Source of the DNA: a virus | Length of the DNA stretch: 64,000 bases | Virus record (IMG/VR): IMGVR_UViG_3300029787_005452 | Span: 1-64,000 of that record | Strand: one strand, 5' to 3' | In this document: in pieces, positions 47,851 through 56,803 of the stretch | Layout: each line of letters starts with the position of its first letter | Position numbering within the stretch: the first letter of the stretch is position 1 | Program-made: the position numbers and the translations under genes | The notes under the pieces: model-generated | What the model was told of the DNA's origin: nothing | Database searches by the model: none | What the model saw: the letters and a program-made list of their open reading frames with translations, nothing else

Positions 47851-48656
47851 AATGGATATTTTATACTATATTCTTCAAATCTCCAGGGTTGCCCTCCAGC
47901 AAAATGTCTATAAATTGTTTTTTCAGGTGTTGTTCTATTAATGTCATATGTATTAGGTTTACCTATTTTATGGTCTCCTGTTTCTTCATAAAGTTGAGTT
48001 ACATTCCATTCTGTTGGTAAAACTTGAACATTTTCTTTTAATTCCTCTAATGAAAATAATGTATGTTCAGTTGGGTAAGAATGAAAACCTAAGTTTTCTA
48101 TTTCATAAAATGATTTCCAACTATGAGGCTTAATACCTGCACATGTATAATACATTTGCTGATCTGCAATATGCCATTTGCCTTTTTCATTATTATGCTC
48201 ATTAAAAAATTCATAGTTACTTACTTTAAGCCATCTCTCTCTATTAATAATTGCATTAATTAATTTTCTACTAAATTCATTAATTTTTAATGCAAAAAAT
48301 CCAAAACAATGTGTATTTCCAGAATCTATAGCGTAAGTAAATCCTTTATCTACATCTATAAATTCATCCATTTTATTTATAAAAATATCTGCATCATAGT
48401 TATAAATTACATCGCCATCTTTTAACGAACCTTTATCTAAAAGATCTTTAAAAAGCATCCACCTGTTAAAATGCATATTTTCTCTTTGATCAAATTCAGG
48501 ATGCAATGTTCTAATATTAAAATTAGAATGATTCATTTCAATAAATTTTAGACCATGCATCTCAGCATATTTTTCAAAACGAGGTCTAATATATTTTTCA
48601 TACATGGCCTGTCTATGCGGGTCATATAATACAAATGTAGTTAAAAATTTTTTCAT
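47847..48656 (-). CDS. GT-A glycosyltransferase
   Basis: DADIF DxD motif, DQQMY and PTEWN. Confidence 0.7.
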   Translation of the reverse strand: MKKFLTTFVLYDPHRQAMYEKYIRPRFEKYAEMHGLKFIEMNHSNFNIRTLHPEFDQRENMHFNRWMLFKDLLDKGSLKDGDVIYNYDADIFINKMDEFIDVDKGFTYAIDSGNTHCFGFFALKINEFSRKLINAIINRERWLKVSNYEFFNEHNNEKGKWHIADQQMYYTCAGIKPHSWKSFYEIENLGFHSYPTEHTLFSLEELKENVQVLPTEWNVTQLYEETGDHKIGKPNTYDINRTTPEKTIYRHFAGGQPWRFEEYSIKYPL

Positions 48657-49399
48657 AATAAGTTCATATATTTTTTAGTATGACCTTGGAAGTGTAAACC
48701 ATAAAATTCGACTTCTTTATTATTATAATTAATACCAAAAACTTTATTATCAATTTTTTTTAATTGTTTAATTTCATTTTTCATTTTAAATTCATCTTCA
48801 ATGTTATTTTTAGACATACCTATACCTCTATCAAATACACCACCTTCTAATTTATAAAGATTCTTATTACTTTTATACCAATGGTACATTAAAGTCATAT
48901 CGCATATACCCCCTCCCGTCTGGGTAGATACATGCCATTGCCATTTAGGCATTAATATTTCAATATTTTTTTTATACGTTTCAATTAAAAAATTACAAAA
49001 GTCTTCTATACCATTTTTTGTCCATATCGAATTGTGTATACATACTATATCATCAAACCTAGATTGATCTTTAGGTTTACAAGCAACGCATAATTCATCA
49101 TCTAAAATTTTTTCAAAGTCTAAAAATTTAAGAAATATTGCATCAGTATCACACATTAAAAATTTATCTATTTTGTTTTCAGTTGCATATTTTAATGCTG
49201 AAAAATATCTATAAAAACAAAACCTTTCAAAGTATTCAGCATTATAAGACATATGTTTATAAACTGAATCAAATAATGGAAAATTATTATCTTTTAATCT
49301 AACAATATTTTTAAAAATTTTACCATTTAATGATAAACTTTTTTCAAGATAATCAACATCATTCGGCTGATAATAAAATAATGGTAAATCACTTTTCAT
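48653..49399 (-). CDS. GT-A glycosyltransferase
   Basis: CDTD, CDMT and LHFQG. Confidence 0.6.
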   Translation of the reverse strand: MKSDLPLFYYQPNDVDYLEKSLSLNGKIFKNIVRLKDNNFPLFDSVYKHMSYNAEYFERFCFYRYFSALKYATENKIDKFLMCDTDAIFLKFLDFEKILDDELCVACKPKDQSRFDDIVCIHNSIWTKNGIEDFCNFLIETYKKNIEILMPKWQWHVSTQTGGGICDMTLMYHWYKSNKNLYKLEGGVFDRGIGMSKNNIEDEFKMKNEIKQLKKIDNKVFGINYNNKEVEFYGLHFQGHTKKYMNLL

Positions 49400-50252
49400 C
49401 TTGCAAATATCTTAAAATTGTTTTACTCATACCTTCCATAGTAAAATATTCATTATATACTTCTTTACCCCGTTTAAGCATATTTTCTATATCTTTTTCA
49501 GAATAACTTTCTAGTTTACTCTTCAAATTAGGTATTTCATCCTCATGTATACAAACAGCAAACTCAGACCAATCAATATATTTTTTGAAAGGAAACCATT
49601 CAGGGTTGTAAATAAATACCGGTATACTACCTAATTGCATTACTTCATAAAATCTAAAACTTTGTTTACCATAACCACGTGGACATAAAGAAAAAATTGA
49701 TCTTTGAGTAGTATAAATAAATTCTTTCAAATGATCATTTTGTACTTTATCAGTCCACATTCTCGGCTCATTAAAATAAAAACTATTATCATCATAATAA
49801 GTTTTATATAATTTAACTCTAGCAGATGCATTATGAGATATAGTACCAACAAAAGAACAGAAAATATCTTTATTCACTTCTTTAATAAGATTTTTTTCTA
49901 TAGGGCTACATATTAAAGGTAAAGGTATACCATTTTTATTACCACCTGCTTCGAAGCTCAAAGTACCAGGGGGGAGTATTTCTTGTACTGCATCATCATG
50001 TTGCGATACTGTAAAATATTTTTTATCTTTCGGTAACCAATTTAAATATGGTTGTAATAATTCTTTGTTTTTACTCGTAATATATACACTTGTCCAATAA
50101 ACAGGAATATAGGTATAACCTGTTTTATCGAACGTATCCTTATGGTTTTTATAAAACTTATAAAAGTATTCTTCTAAGTAATCACCTTTGTGATAAGGTG
50201 GATACGTAGGATAGTCTGCTGGTACTCTTAAATTTTTAAAATTAACTTCCAT
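49389..50252 (-). CDS. Exostosin-like (GT47) glycosyltransferase
   Basis: FSLCPRGYG...RFYEVMQLGSIPV. Confidence 0.85.
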   Translation of the reverse strand: MEVNFKNLRVPADYPTYPPYHKGDYLEEYFYKFYKNHKDTFDKTGYTYIPVYWTSVYITSKNKELLQPYLNWLPKDKKYFTVSQHDDAVQEILPPGTLSFEAGGNKNGIPLPLICSPIEKNLIKEVNKDIFCSFVGTISHNASARVKLYKTYYDDNSFYFNEPRMWTDKVQNDHLKEFIYTTQRSIFSLCPRGYGKQSFRFYEVMQLGSIPVFIYNPEWFPFKKYIDWSEFAVCIHEDEIPNLKSKLESYSEKDIENMLKRGKEVYNEYFTMEGMSKTILRYLQDEK

Positions 50253-50940
50253 TTATTCTTTTTCTAACTATATCTAAAATTTTATACTTATCATCTTTTG
50301 TACGAGTCCAGTTACCATGGTGTATAAAAATATTATCTGGTATTGGAAAAGTTTCATCTGTATTAAACCAATGACCTTTTAAACCACCTTTACCGTCTGG
50401 TTGACCTGCTATGTGTCCGTAGGTCCAATATTCATCAGGTAAAACTGCCCATTTAATTTGTATCGATGGAAAGTTATGTAGGTTGCGTAATAAATAATTT
50501 GCAGTTCTTTGTTCTTCTTCAAATTTAGTTAAATTACCTAATACAGTTTTAAAAAATGATCTTGTAGTTTTATTATTTCTAACGCAGAAAAAACCAGTAT
50601 TGACTCCACCTGGTCCGTCATTTTGCCATACAACGTCTTTACCTTCCATCCTTTTTATAATATCATCATAAAAATCTCTGTATATTACTATATCAGGATC
50701 TATAAACATAAAATATTCTTTTTCTTCATCACATCTTTTTAAATTTTCATAAAAGCATGAAGCTTTATATTCCATAGTAGCATTCCAGCCATCAGTACCA
50801 AACTCTGCAGTATCGCAAAGCTGTGGTTTATTAATAATAGTTAAATCTATATTTGGGTTATATTTAAAAGAATCTAAAAGATATTCTTTTAAAAACTTTT
50901 CATGCGAGGGGGTAAATAAAGTATATGCTTTAATTTTCAT
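50242..50940 (-). CDS. Nucleotide-diphospho-sugar transferase (GT77-like)
   Basis: DPDIVI, VNTGFF, EEQ and HHGNW. Confidence 0.75.
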   Translation of the reverse strand: MKIKAYTLFTPSHEKFLKEYLLDSFKYNPNIDLTIINKPQLCDTAEFGTDGWNATMEYKASCFYENLKRCDEEKEYFMFIDPDIVIYRDFYDDIIKRMEGKDVVWQNDGPGGVNTGFFCVRNNKTTRSFFKTVLGNLTKFEEEQRTANYLLRNLHNFPSIQIKWAVLPDEYWTYGHIAGQPDGKGGLKGHWFNTDETFPIPDNIFIHHGNWTRTKDDKYKILDIVRKRINGS

Positions 50941-51700
50941 TATTTAAAATCTTTCTTTCTAATTGTAGCTCATTTTCAAAAGGTTTCCACCATAATATAT
51001 CATTTACAGTTTGTCTTTTAAGTAAAACGTTTTGAACAAAATTCCACCATCTACTCATTTCAGGTACTGTCTGTGCAATATTAGTATTATGCTGCTCATA
51101 CTCATCTGTATCTTTACATGAAACAGAATCATGTTCTATGTGAAAAATTACTGGTGGTTGTTTATTTAAAATTTTATATTTACTATTTATTACCGATATA
51201 ATAAAAAATACTGTATCCCAATATGGTTTACCCAAATAAAGAAAAGGAAATTTATATGAATTTTTTACCCACCAATCTCGTTTAAAAGCAAAAAGATCAA
51301 AACCATGTACACTATATGATTGTATTTTAAGTTCTTCATCTAAAGAATTAAGTTCATGTAAATGACCTCTACTTGCTGGATATGATTCAATATCATCTTC
51401 AAGTTGTTTAAAGAATGTATTATTTAAAACTATATCGTTGTTAATAAAAACAATTAAGTCATTATCTGTTTTTGATAATGCGTTTAGTAGATCGTTTACG
51501 AAGGGATACTTACCTTCTTGTTTAATTTTTATAGTTTCAAAATCATTAAAATTTATATCATCTTCATCAGATATAATATTATATAAAGTAACATTATCGT
51601 TTTTATCTTTACATTTTCGTAAAGATTCTAAACATAATTCTTCTCTTCTACTGAGATCTTTTTCATTTTTAAAACTATTGATTCCTATTGCTATTTTCAT
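50930..51700 (-). CDS. GT-A glycosyltransferase-like protein
   Basis: FINNDIVL, GFDLFAF and PYWD. Confidence 0.6.
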   Translation of the reverse strand: MKIAIGINSFKNEKDLSRREELCLESLRKCKDKNDNVTLYNIISDEDDINFNDFETIKIKQEGKYPFVNDLLNALSKTDNDLIVFINNDIVLNNTFFKQLEDDIESYPASRGHLHELNSLDEELKIQSYSVHGFDLFAFKRDWWVKNSYKFPFLYLGKPYWDTVFFIISVINSKYKILNKQPPVIFHIEHDSVSCKDTDEYEQHNTNIAQTVPEMSRWWNFVQNVLLKRQTVNDILWWKPFENELQLERKILNNEN

Positions 51701-52445
51701 AAATTTTACTTTTTACTTCTTCCTTAGATAATTTAGGGATAGTTTGAATATTATCATGATGTTTATCGAAAAACATTTTATATTCAGCTGAAAGTTTTTT
51801 ATCTCTTGCCCCACCCTCATTAATTCTTGTTTCAGTTTCAGGGTGATTCATAATTAAATCATCTGAATTTTTTATATCTGGAAAATACCAAAATGCTGGT
51901 ATATGTTTAGTTTTTGATATTCTATATACATTTTCTACATCAAAAATATATCTAAATTTATTATCATAAAGACCGGTATCATTTAAACATTCTTTAGTTT
52001 TAAAAGTAAATTCATTACACATATTAGGATATAAACCGACTGATACATCTTTACTATATTGTAATTCAACTGCAGGTGTCCTATTACCAGGTTCACCCGA
52101 ACCCCAACTGGTACTTGCAAAACAAAAATAACCTATTTTACTCTTTTCAGCTGCTTCAATATATTTTTCAAATATATCTGGATCTTTAATAACCATATCA
52201 TCTTCTAAAGTAATATAATAATCACAATCTCTTTCTTGTAAAAATCTTAGATTATCATTTCTACAAACTGAGGGATAATAATTTTTTTTATGCTGTATCC
52301 AATGTGCATCTTTATAATTACCTTTGTAAGGTTTACCTCCGTTAACTACTACTAATTCATCAATTTTATCTAAAGGTAAAGAATCGTAAAGATCCTTAAA
52401 ATAATGCTCTGCATTATATGTTGTTATACCTATACCTATTTTCAT
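51675..52445 (-). CDS. Glycosyltransferase family 2
   Basis: GITTYN, VVVNGG and LEDDMV. Confidence 0.8.
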   Translation of the reverse strand: MKIGIGITTYNAEHYFKDLYDSLPLDKIDELVVVNGGKPYKGNYKDAHWIQHKKNYYPSVCRNDNLRFLQERDCDYYITLEDDMVIKDPDIFEKYIEAAEKSKIGYFCFASTSWGSGEPGNRTPAVELQYSKDVSVGLYPNMCNEFTFKTKECLNDTGLYDNKFRYIFDVENVYRISKTKHIPAFWYFPDIKNSDDLIMNHPETETRINEGGARDKKLSAEYKMFFDKHHDNIQTIPKLSKEEVKSKIYENSNRNQ

Positions 52446-53209
52446 AATTCTTTAAAATATTTTATTACACTATTAATATCATCATATTGTTGGTTAGCGT
52501 TTGTTACATCTATATTAAATTTATTTTTAAACCTTTCAACCCCCTCTTTAAAATGTTTTAACCAATCACCTTTTCTTATTGTTGATTTTCCATGATTTTC
52601 ATCTTGATCATCCATGTATTGATTACTATTTTCAATATCAATAAACCATCTAAAGGGAGGGTGATATCCTTTATTAATTGCTTCCATAGTATGGTCTACA
52701 TGTTCCATAGCATTGTAATAAACTTCATCCATTAAACCTATATCTTTCAATACTGAACTGTGATAATACGAGCATGCTCCATAAACATTAAAATATAAAG
52801 CAACTTTTACACCTCTTATATCAAATATTTTTCTCGGATTAGGTTTGGCCCCATTTATTTTATTATCATGCCCGTGTAAACAATAATTAAAATGTTTAAC
52901 TTTTGTTTTTTTAGATGCTTCTATATATTTTTCAAATACATTTTCTTTAAAAACAACATCATCTTCAACTATAAATATATGTTCACATTCATTATCTAGC
53001 AAATGCTGTAATGCTTTATTTTTTGTTTTACCTACACCTAGATTTTTTTCATTATTAATTATATTTTTATTTGAATCTTGTAAAGGTATTTCACCGTCAT
53101 TAATTATAACTAATTCATCATACCAATCTTTTTTTATACTTTTAATACAATTTTTTAAAAAATTATTACGATTACACGTTATAACTCCAATTCCAATCTT
53201 TGATATCAT
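52442..53209 (-). CDS. Glycosyltransferase family 2
   Basis: VITCNR, INDG, VEDDVV and EHVDH; paralogue of the preceding gene. Confidence 0.8.
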   Translation of the reverse strand: MISKIGIGVITCNRNNFLKNCIKSIKKDWYDELVIINDGEIPLQDSNKNIINNEKNLGVGKTKNKALQHLLDNECEHIFIVEDDVVFKENVFEKYIEASKKTKVKHFNYCLHGHDNKINGAKPNPRKIFDIRGVKVALYFNVYGACSYYHSSVLKDIGLMDEVYYNAMEHVDHTMEAINKGYHPPFRWFIDIENSNQYMDDQDENHGKSTIRKGDWLKHFKEGVERFKNKFNIDVTNANQQYDDINSVIKYFKEL

Positions 53210-53232
53210 GATAAATATATATAAATAAAGTT

Positions 53233-53547
53233 ATGGCAGATCAAGTAAGCATTAAACAATTACCACAAGTAACCGAAATTAATACAGGAGATTTACTTCT
53301 AGTACAAACACCTAACGCGACAAATACATTATTATTTGAAAATTTCATTATAGGTTTAAACAATACTACGTTTTCATCAACTGTATCTGGTCAAAGAAGT
53401 GATATCGATTCTCTTTCATCATCTATTTTTAGCAACGATATAAAAGCAGTTCCTTTAACAAAAGATGATGCTTTAAATTTAAGTGGTATTCCAATAGTTA
53501 TAGGTGGTAAAACGTTCAATATTCTATTATCTGGAGTACATGTATAA
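53233..53547 (+). CDS. Small virion/fibre-type protein
   Basis: VSIKQLP...GDLLLV N-terminal motif; TAAATA-N5-ATG. Confidence 0.55.
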   Translation: MADQVSIKQLPQVTEINTGDLLLVQTPNATNTLLFENFIIGLNNTTFSSTVSGQRSDIDSLSSSIFSNDIKAVPLTKDDALNLSGIPIVIGGKTFNILLSGVHV

Positions 53548-53552
53548 AAAAA

Positions 53553-54317
53553 TTATTTTTTAGATTTTTCATGTAGCTCTTTAAAAGTTTCCATTTGATC
53601 TTTTAATTCCTTTTCTTCTTTTTTAGCCATACCTTGAGATTCTAAAAGTTGCTCCATTAGATCTAAATTTTCTGGACTAAACACATCTGAACTACTACCA
53701 TCTCCACCTACTAGATCCCCTTCTACATCCACATATAATTTAATCATTTGCATCCGTTCTTGTGGGTTACCAAATACTTCAATTAACGCTGGGGCTGTAT
53801 CTCTTGGAAAAAATGGATTTTCTTGTGGATTCTCATGATAATGTCTCTGTAAAACTTTAAAAAAGTTATCTATTTCTTTAATATAGTTTTCATCAGTTTC
53901 TCTTACACCATCACTTTCGACTTGTATTTTATTAAATTTAGTAATTGGTATAAAGAAAATTATATCAATATTTTCTAAAGCTTCTCTAACAATTGGTATA
54001 CATTCATCGACGAAAGCCTCATCGATATCACTGTCTTCTTGACTCATAGCCCACATTGAGTATACTAAGTTATCTAACGGGCATCTGTCAAAAATAACTT
54101 TATCATCCCTATCGAATTCCTTTAAGGATTCTGCCATATAGTCCAAGATAGCTTTCTGGGTTTCTTTTGTAGTATGCTTACTATGAGGTAGTTGTTTTTC
54201 TTTTAATATATCTCTATAAGAATTAACCTCGTATCCATACATTGGCCATTCTTGTAAAAAATCTTTAATTAAGGTACTTTTACCTAAGTTTGCGGATCCG
54301 CTAATTGCAATTCTCAT
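53553..54317 (-). CDS. P-loop nucleotide kinase (AAA_28-like)
   Basis: ISGSANLGKST, FDRCPLD and SDGVRE. Confidence 0.8.
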   Translation of the reverse strand: MRIAISGSANLGKSTLIKDFLQEWPMYGYEVNSYRDILKEKQLPHSKHTTKETQKAILDYMAESLKEFDRDDKVIFDRCPLDNLVYSMWAMSQEDSDIDEAFVDECIPIVREALENIDIIFFIPITKFNKIQVESDGVRETDENYIKEIDNFFKVLQRHYHENPQENPFFPRDTAPALIEVFGNPQERMQMIKLYVDVEGDLVGGDGSSSDVFSPENLDLMEQLLESQGMAKKEEKELKDQMETFKELHEKSKK

Positions 54318-54323
54318 ACTATT

Positions 54324-54367
54324 ATTTTATAATAAAAATTTGATATATCAAGTCTATATACTATAAT
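54324..54367. promoter_or_regulatory. Divergent sigma70-type promoters sharing a palindromic -35
   Basis: TTGATATATCAA at 54340-54351; N16 to TATAAT on plus and to TAAAAT on minus; each -10 is 6 nt before an ATG. Confidence 0.65.
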
Positions 54368-54373
54368 TAATAT

Positions 54374-55081
54374 ATGATAACGTTTGACGAAAAGTCTCAT
54401 ACTTACAAGTGTAGTAAGACTGGTAGAGAGTTAATATCAGCAACTACTTTAATAGGTAAGTATAAAAAGCCATTCGATAAAATGGAAAATGCAACTCGTG
54501 TAGCCAATAGAGAAGGTTTAGATGTTGAGTTTGTATTAGATATGTGGGAGAAAGAAAAGAATCGAGCTTGTGATTATGGCACTAATATTCATAAGGTTAT
54601 GGAGGACTATTTAACTGAAGGGGTAGTAGAAGAAGAGCATGAATCTTTATACATTTCTTTTAATAAATGGAATCATATCTTTAAAAAGTTTCCTACTTTA
54701 TTATGTGAAGAAAAATTACATGATTTAGATAATTTTATTGCTGGTACTGCAGATTTAATTTACGAAAATAAAACTCATTTTATGGTTGGTGATTTTAAGA
54801 CTAATAAAGCATTTAATTTCTTCTCTCCTTATAATGAGTTTATGCTAAAACCAATGGACCATTTAAGTGTATGTGAATTCAATACATACGGGTTGCAGTT
54901 ATCTTTATATGCATATTTACATGAAAAGAGTTCAGGTAAAAAATGCACTGGATGTGTTATATTCTATAAGGATAAAGAAAATAGATTTTACCCTATTAGG
55001 GTCAACTATATGAAGAAAGAAATTATTTCTCTAATAGAAGATTACAATAATCCCAATTCACTATCTTCAAAAATTGATTAA
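54374..55081 (+). CDS. PD-(D/E)XK exonuclease (Cas4/YqaJ-like)
   Basis: GTNIH, IAGTAD...GDFKTNK and LQLSLYA. Confidence 0.85.
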   Translation: MITFDEKSHTYKCSKTGRELISATTLIGKYKKPFDKMENATRVANREGLDVEFVLDMWEKEKNRACDYGTNIHKVMEDYLTEGVVEEEHESLYISFNKWNHIFKKFPTLLCEEKLHDLDNFIAGTADLIYENKTHFMVGDFKTNKAFNFFSPYNEFMLKPMDHLSVCEFNTYGLQLSLYAYLHEKSSGKKCTGCVIFYKDKENRFYPIRVNYMKKEIISLIEDYNNPNSLSSKID

Positions 55082-55643
55082 TATATTTTTCTCTATCTGG
55101 TCCATATTTCTTGTAATATGCGTGTTCCCAAACGTCAATACCTAATATAGGGGTTCCCATATTATACATTAATGGGTTATCTTGGTTGTCGGTGGGAACT
55201 ATTTTTAATTTATTTCCTCTTTTTACTAACCAAACCCAACCGGAACCAAAATGCGTTTTTGCTTGTTCCTTAAATTGTTCCTTAAATTTATCAACAGTCC
55301 CGTATTGTTTTTCCAGTAACTCTTTGATATTTCCCTTTATTGTGGGTCTATCAGGGGACATCATGTTCCAGAATAGTTGATGATTGTAAGCCCCACCTGC
55401 ATTGTTCCTTATAGCTGGTTTTTTCTTAGCTGATTTTGTAACTAATTGTTCCAGTTCCATTTTTTTAGTTCCTATAGCTTCATTTAATTTTTTTATGTAC
55501 CCTTTATAGTGTTTATTGAAGTGTAATTTCATTGTTTCTTGATCAATAAATGGTTCTAAACTATTAAAATCATAAGGTAGTTTTATGGGTTTGTACCCAT
55601 TTAATTCTTCTAAAAGTAAATCTGTTAAATTATCGTAATTCAT
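55023..55643 (-). CDS. sod: Fe/Mn superoxide dismutase (Mn-type signature) with an N-terminal extension
   Basis: H...KHYKGY, GGAYNH, FGSGWVWL, NQDNP and DVWEHAYY. Confidence 0.96.
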   Translation of the reverse strand: MNYDNLTDLLLEELNGYKPIKLPYDFNSLEPFIDQETMKLHFNKHYKGYIKKLNEAIGTKKMELEQLVTKSAKKKPAIRNNAGGAYNHQLFWNMMSPDRPTIKGNIKELLEKQYGTVDKFKEQFKEQAKTHFGSGWVWLVKRGNKLKIVPTDNQDNPLMYNMGTPILGIDVWEHAYYKKYGPDREKYINQFLKIVNWDYCNLLLEK

Positions 55644-55837
55644 TTCTTACCTCCCTTCATATTTGCACACCAATGATACATTTTTCCTTTTTCTCCTCCG
55701 TATTTTTTTGCTTTTCTCCTCAATTCAGTAACAGACCCCTTACAACTTGCACCAGACTTCTTAACTCTGCCCGGTCTACTCTTTCCTTTGACCTTTTTAT
55801 CGGCATAATTTTCAAAATATGTACTGAAATTAATCAT
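55640..55837 (-). CDS. Basic putative internal virion protein
   Basis: Leader MINFSTYFE; K/G-rich body. Confidence 0.6.
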   Translation of the reverse strand: MINFSTYFENYADKKVKGKSRPGRVKKSGASCKGSVTELRRKAKKYGGEKGKMYHWCANMKGGKK

Positions 55838-56192
55838 TTTCTCTCATTCTCTGTGTCTTTTTCTTGCTAGCTTCTTTCTTTTTACTAATATATTTAAAAG
55901 CTGACCGTAAACTTTTTTTCTTTTTAGGGTCTTTTGTTCTACCTACTGCAGCTCTAACGCGCTGATGTATTAAATTTATAATTTGCGACTGTCTTTTATG
56001 TGATTTTGATTTAAAAGATGGTTTATTCAATGTATCTCTTACATCAGCTGCTGAGCTAAACTTTACACCTACAGTATCTTTAGGATTTTCATCGGTATAT
56101 AATCTTCTACCTGAACCTTTAGGCTTTTTACCAGTACCTTTTTTAGGGTCAGCTTCTAATAATATTTTTTCTACTAAAGTAGTAAACTTCAC
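55830..56192 (-). CDS. Basic putative internal virion protein
   Basis: Leader MKFTTLVEKILLE; LYTDENPKDTV; TAAATA-N5-GTG. Confidence 0.65.
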   Translation of the reverse strand: MKFTTLVEKILLEADPKKGTGKKPKGSGRRLYTDENPKDTVGVKFSSAADVRDTLNKPSFKSKSHKRQSQIINLIHQRVRAAVGRTKDPKKKKSLRSAFKYISKKKEASKKKTQRMREND

Positions 56193-56228
56193 CTAAATAT
56201 TTATTAGAGAAAGATAGATTAAAATGTT

Positions 56229-56711
56229 ATGTTTGGACTTATTACAATGTTACTTACAACGCTCGGCGCAACGGGTATGGGATCAATGCTTAAAATTGTC
56301 GGAGGCCTCTTTGCAGGTATATCAGATGCTAAAGAAGCAAAACATAAAAGAGAGCTTATTAGGGATATGCAAATGCAAAAAGCCGATCTTGAGTTTCAAA
56401 AAGCCGTCTTCGGTGATATGGATAAAGACACATCTGTTTTTACCAGGGGTACTCGTAGGCTCATTGCTCTTATCGGGATGTGTAACTTTTTCGTCATCTC
56501 AGTCCTCTGCACCCTCTGGCCAGGGGTCGAACTTATTACCTTCACCCCTCCAGAAAACAAAGAGTCGATCAAGCTCATCTGGGGATTGGTTACTTTCCCC
56601 TCAGGAGCAGACATTACCACCTCAATTACGACAGGGCACATTGCTTTGGTCTCAATCGCCACTCTGGGAGCGATAATAGGTTTTTACTTTACACCGGGTG
56701 GTAAAAGATGA
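56229..56711 (+). CDS. Holin-like multi-pass membrane protein
   Basis: N-terminal hydrophobic helix, charged coiled coil, two TM helices ending GFYF; GC-richer than its neighbours. Confidence 0.5.
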   Translation: MFGLITMLLTTLGATGMGSMLKIVGGLFAGISDAKEAKHKRELIRDMQMQKADLEFQKAVFGDMDKDTSVFTRGTRRLIALIGMCNFFVISVLCTLWPGVELITFTPPENKESIKLIWGLVTFPSGADITTSITTGHIALVSIATLGAIIGFYFTPGGKR

Positions 56712-56800
56712 TTGCAGAAATAATATCTTGTATAGTAGTGGGAATTATTGTATTTTGGATGTCTACTGATCTATATAAAGCATTAAAAAATAAAAAATAA
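56708..56800 (+). CDS. 30-aa single-TM microprotein (not in the ORF track)
   Basis: MIAEIISCIVVGIIVFWMSTDLYKALKNKK*; ATGA overlap with the upstream gene. Confidence 0.55.
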   Translation: MIAEIISCIVVGIIVFWMSTDLYKALKNKK

Positions 56801-56803
56801 CTT

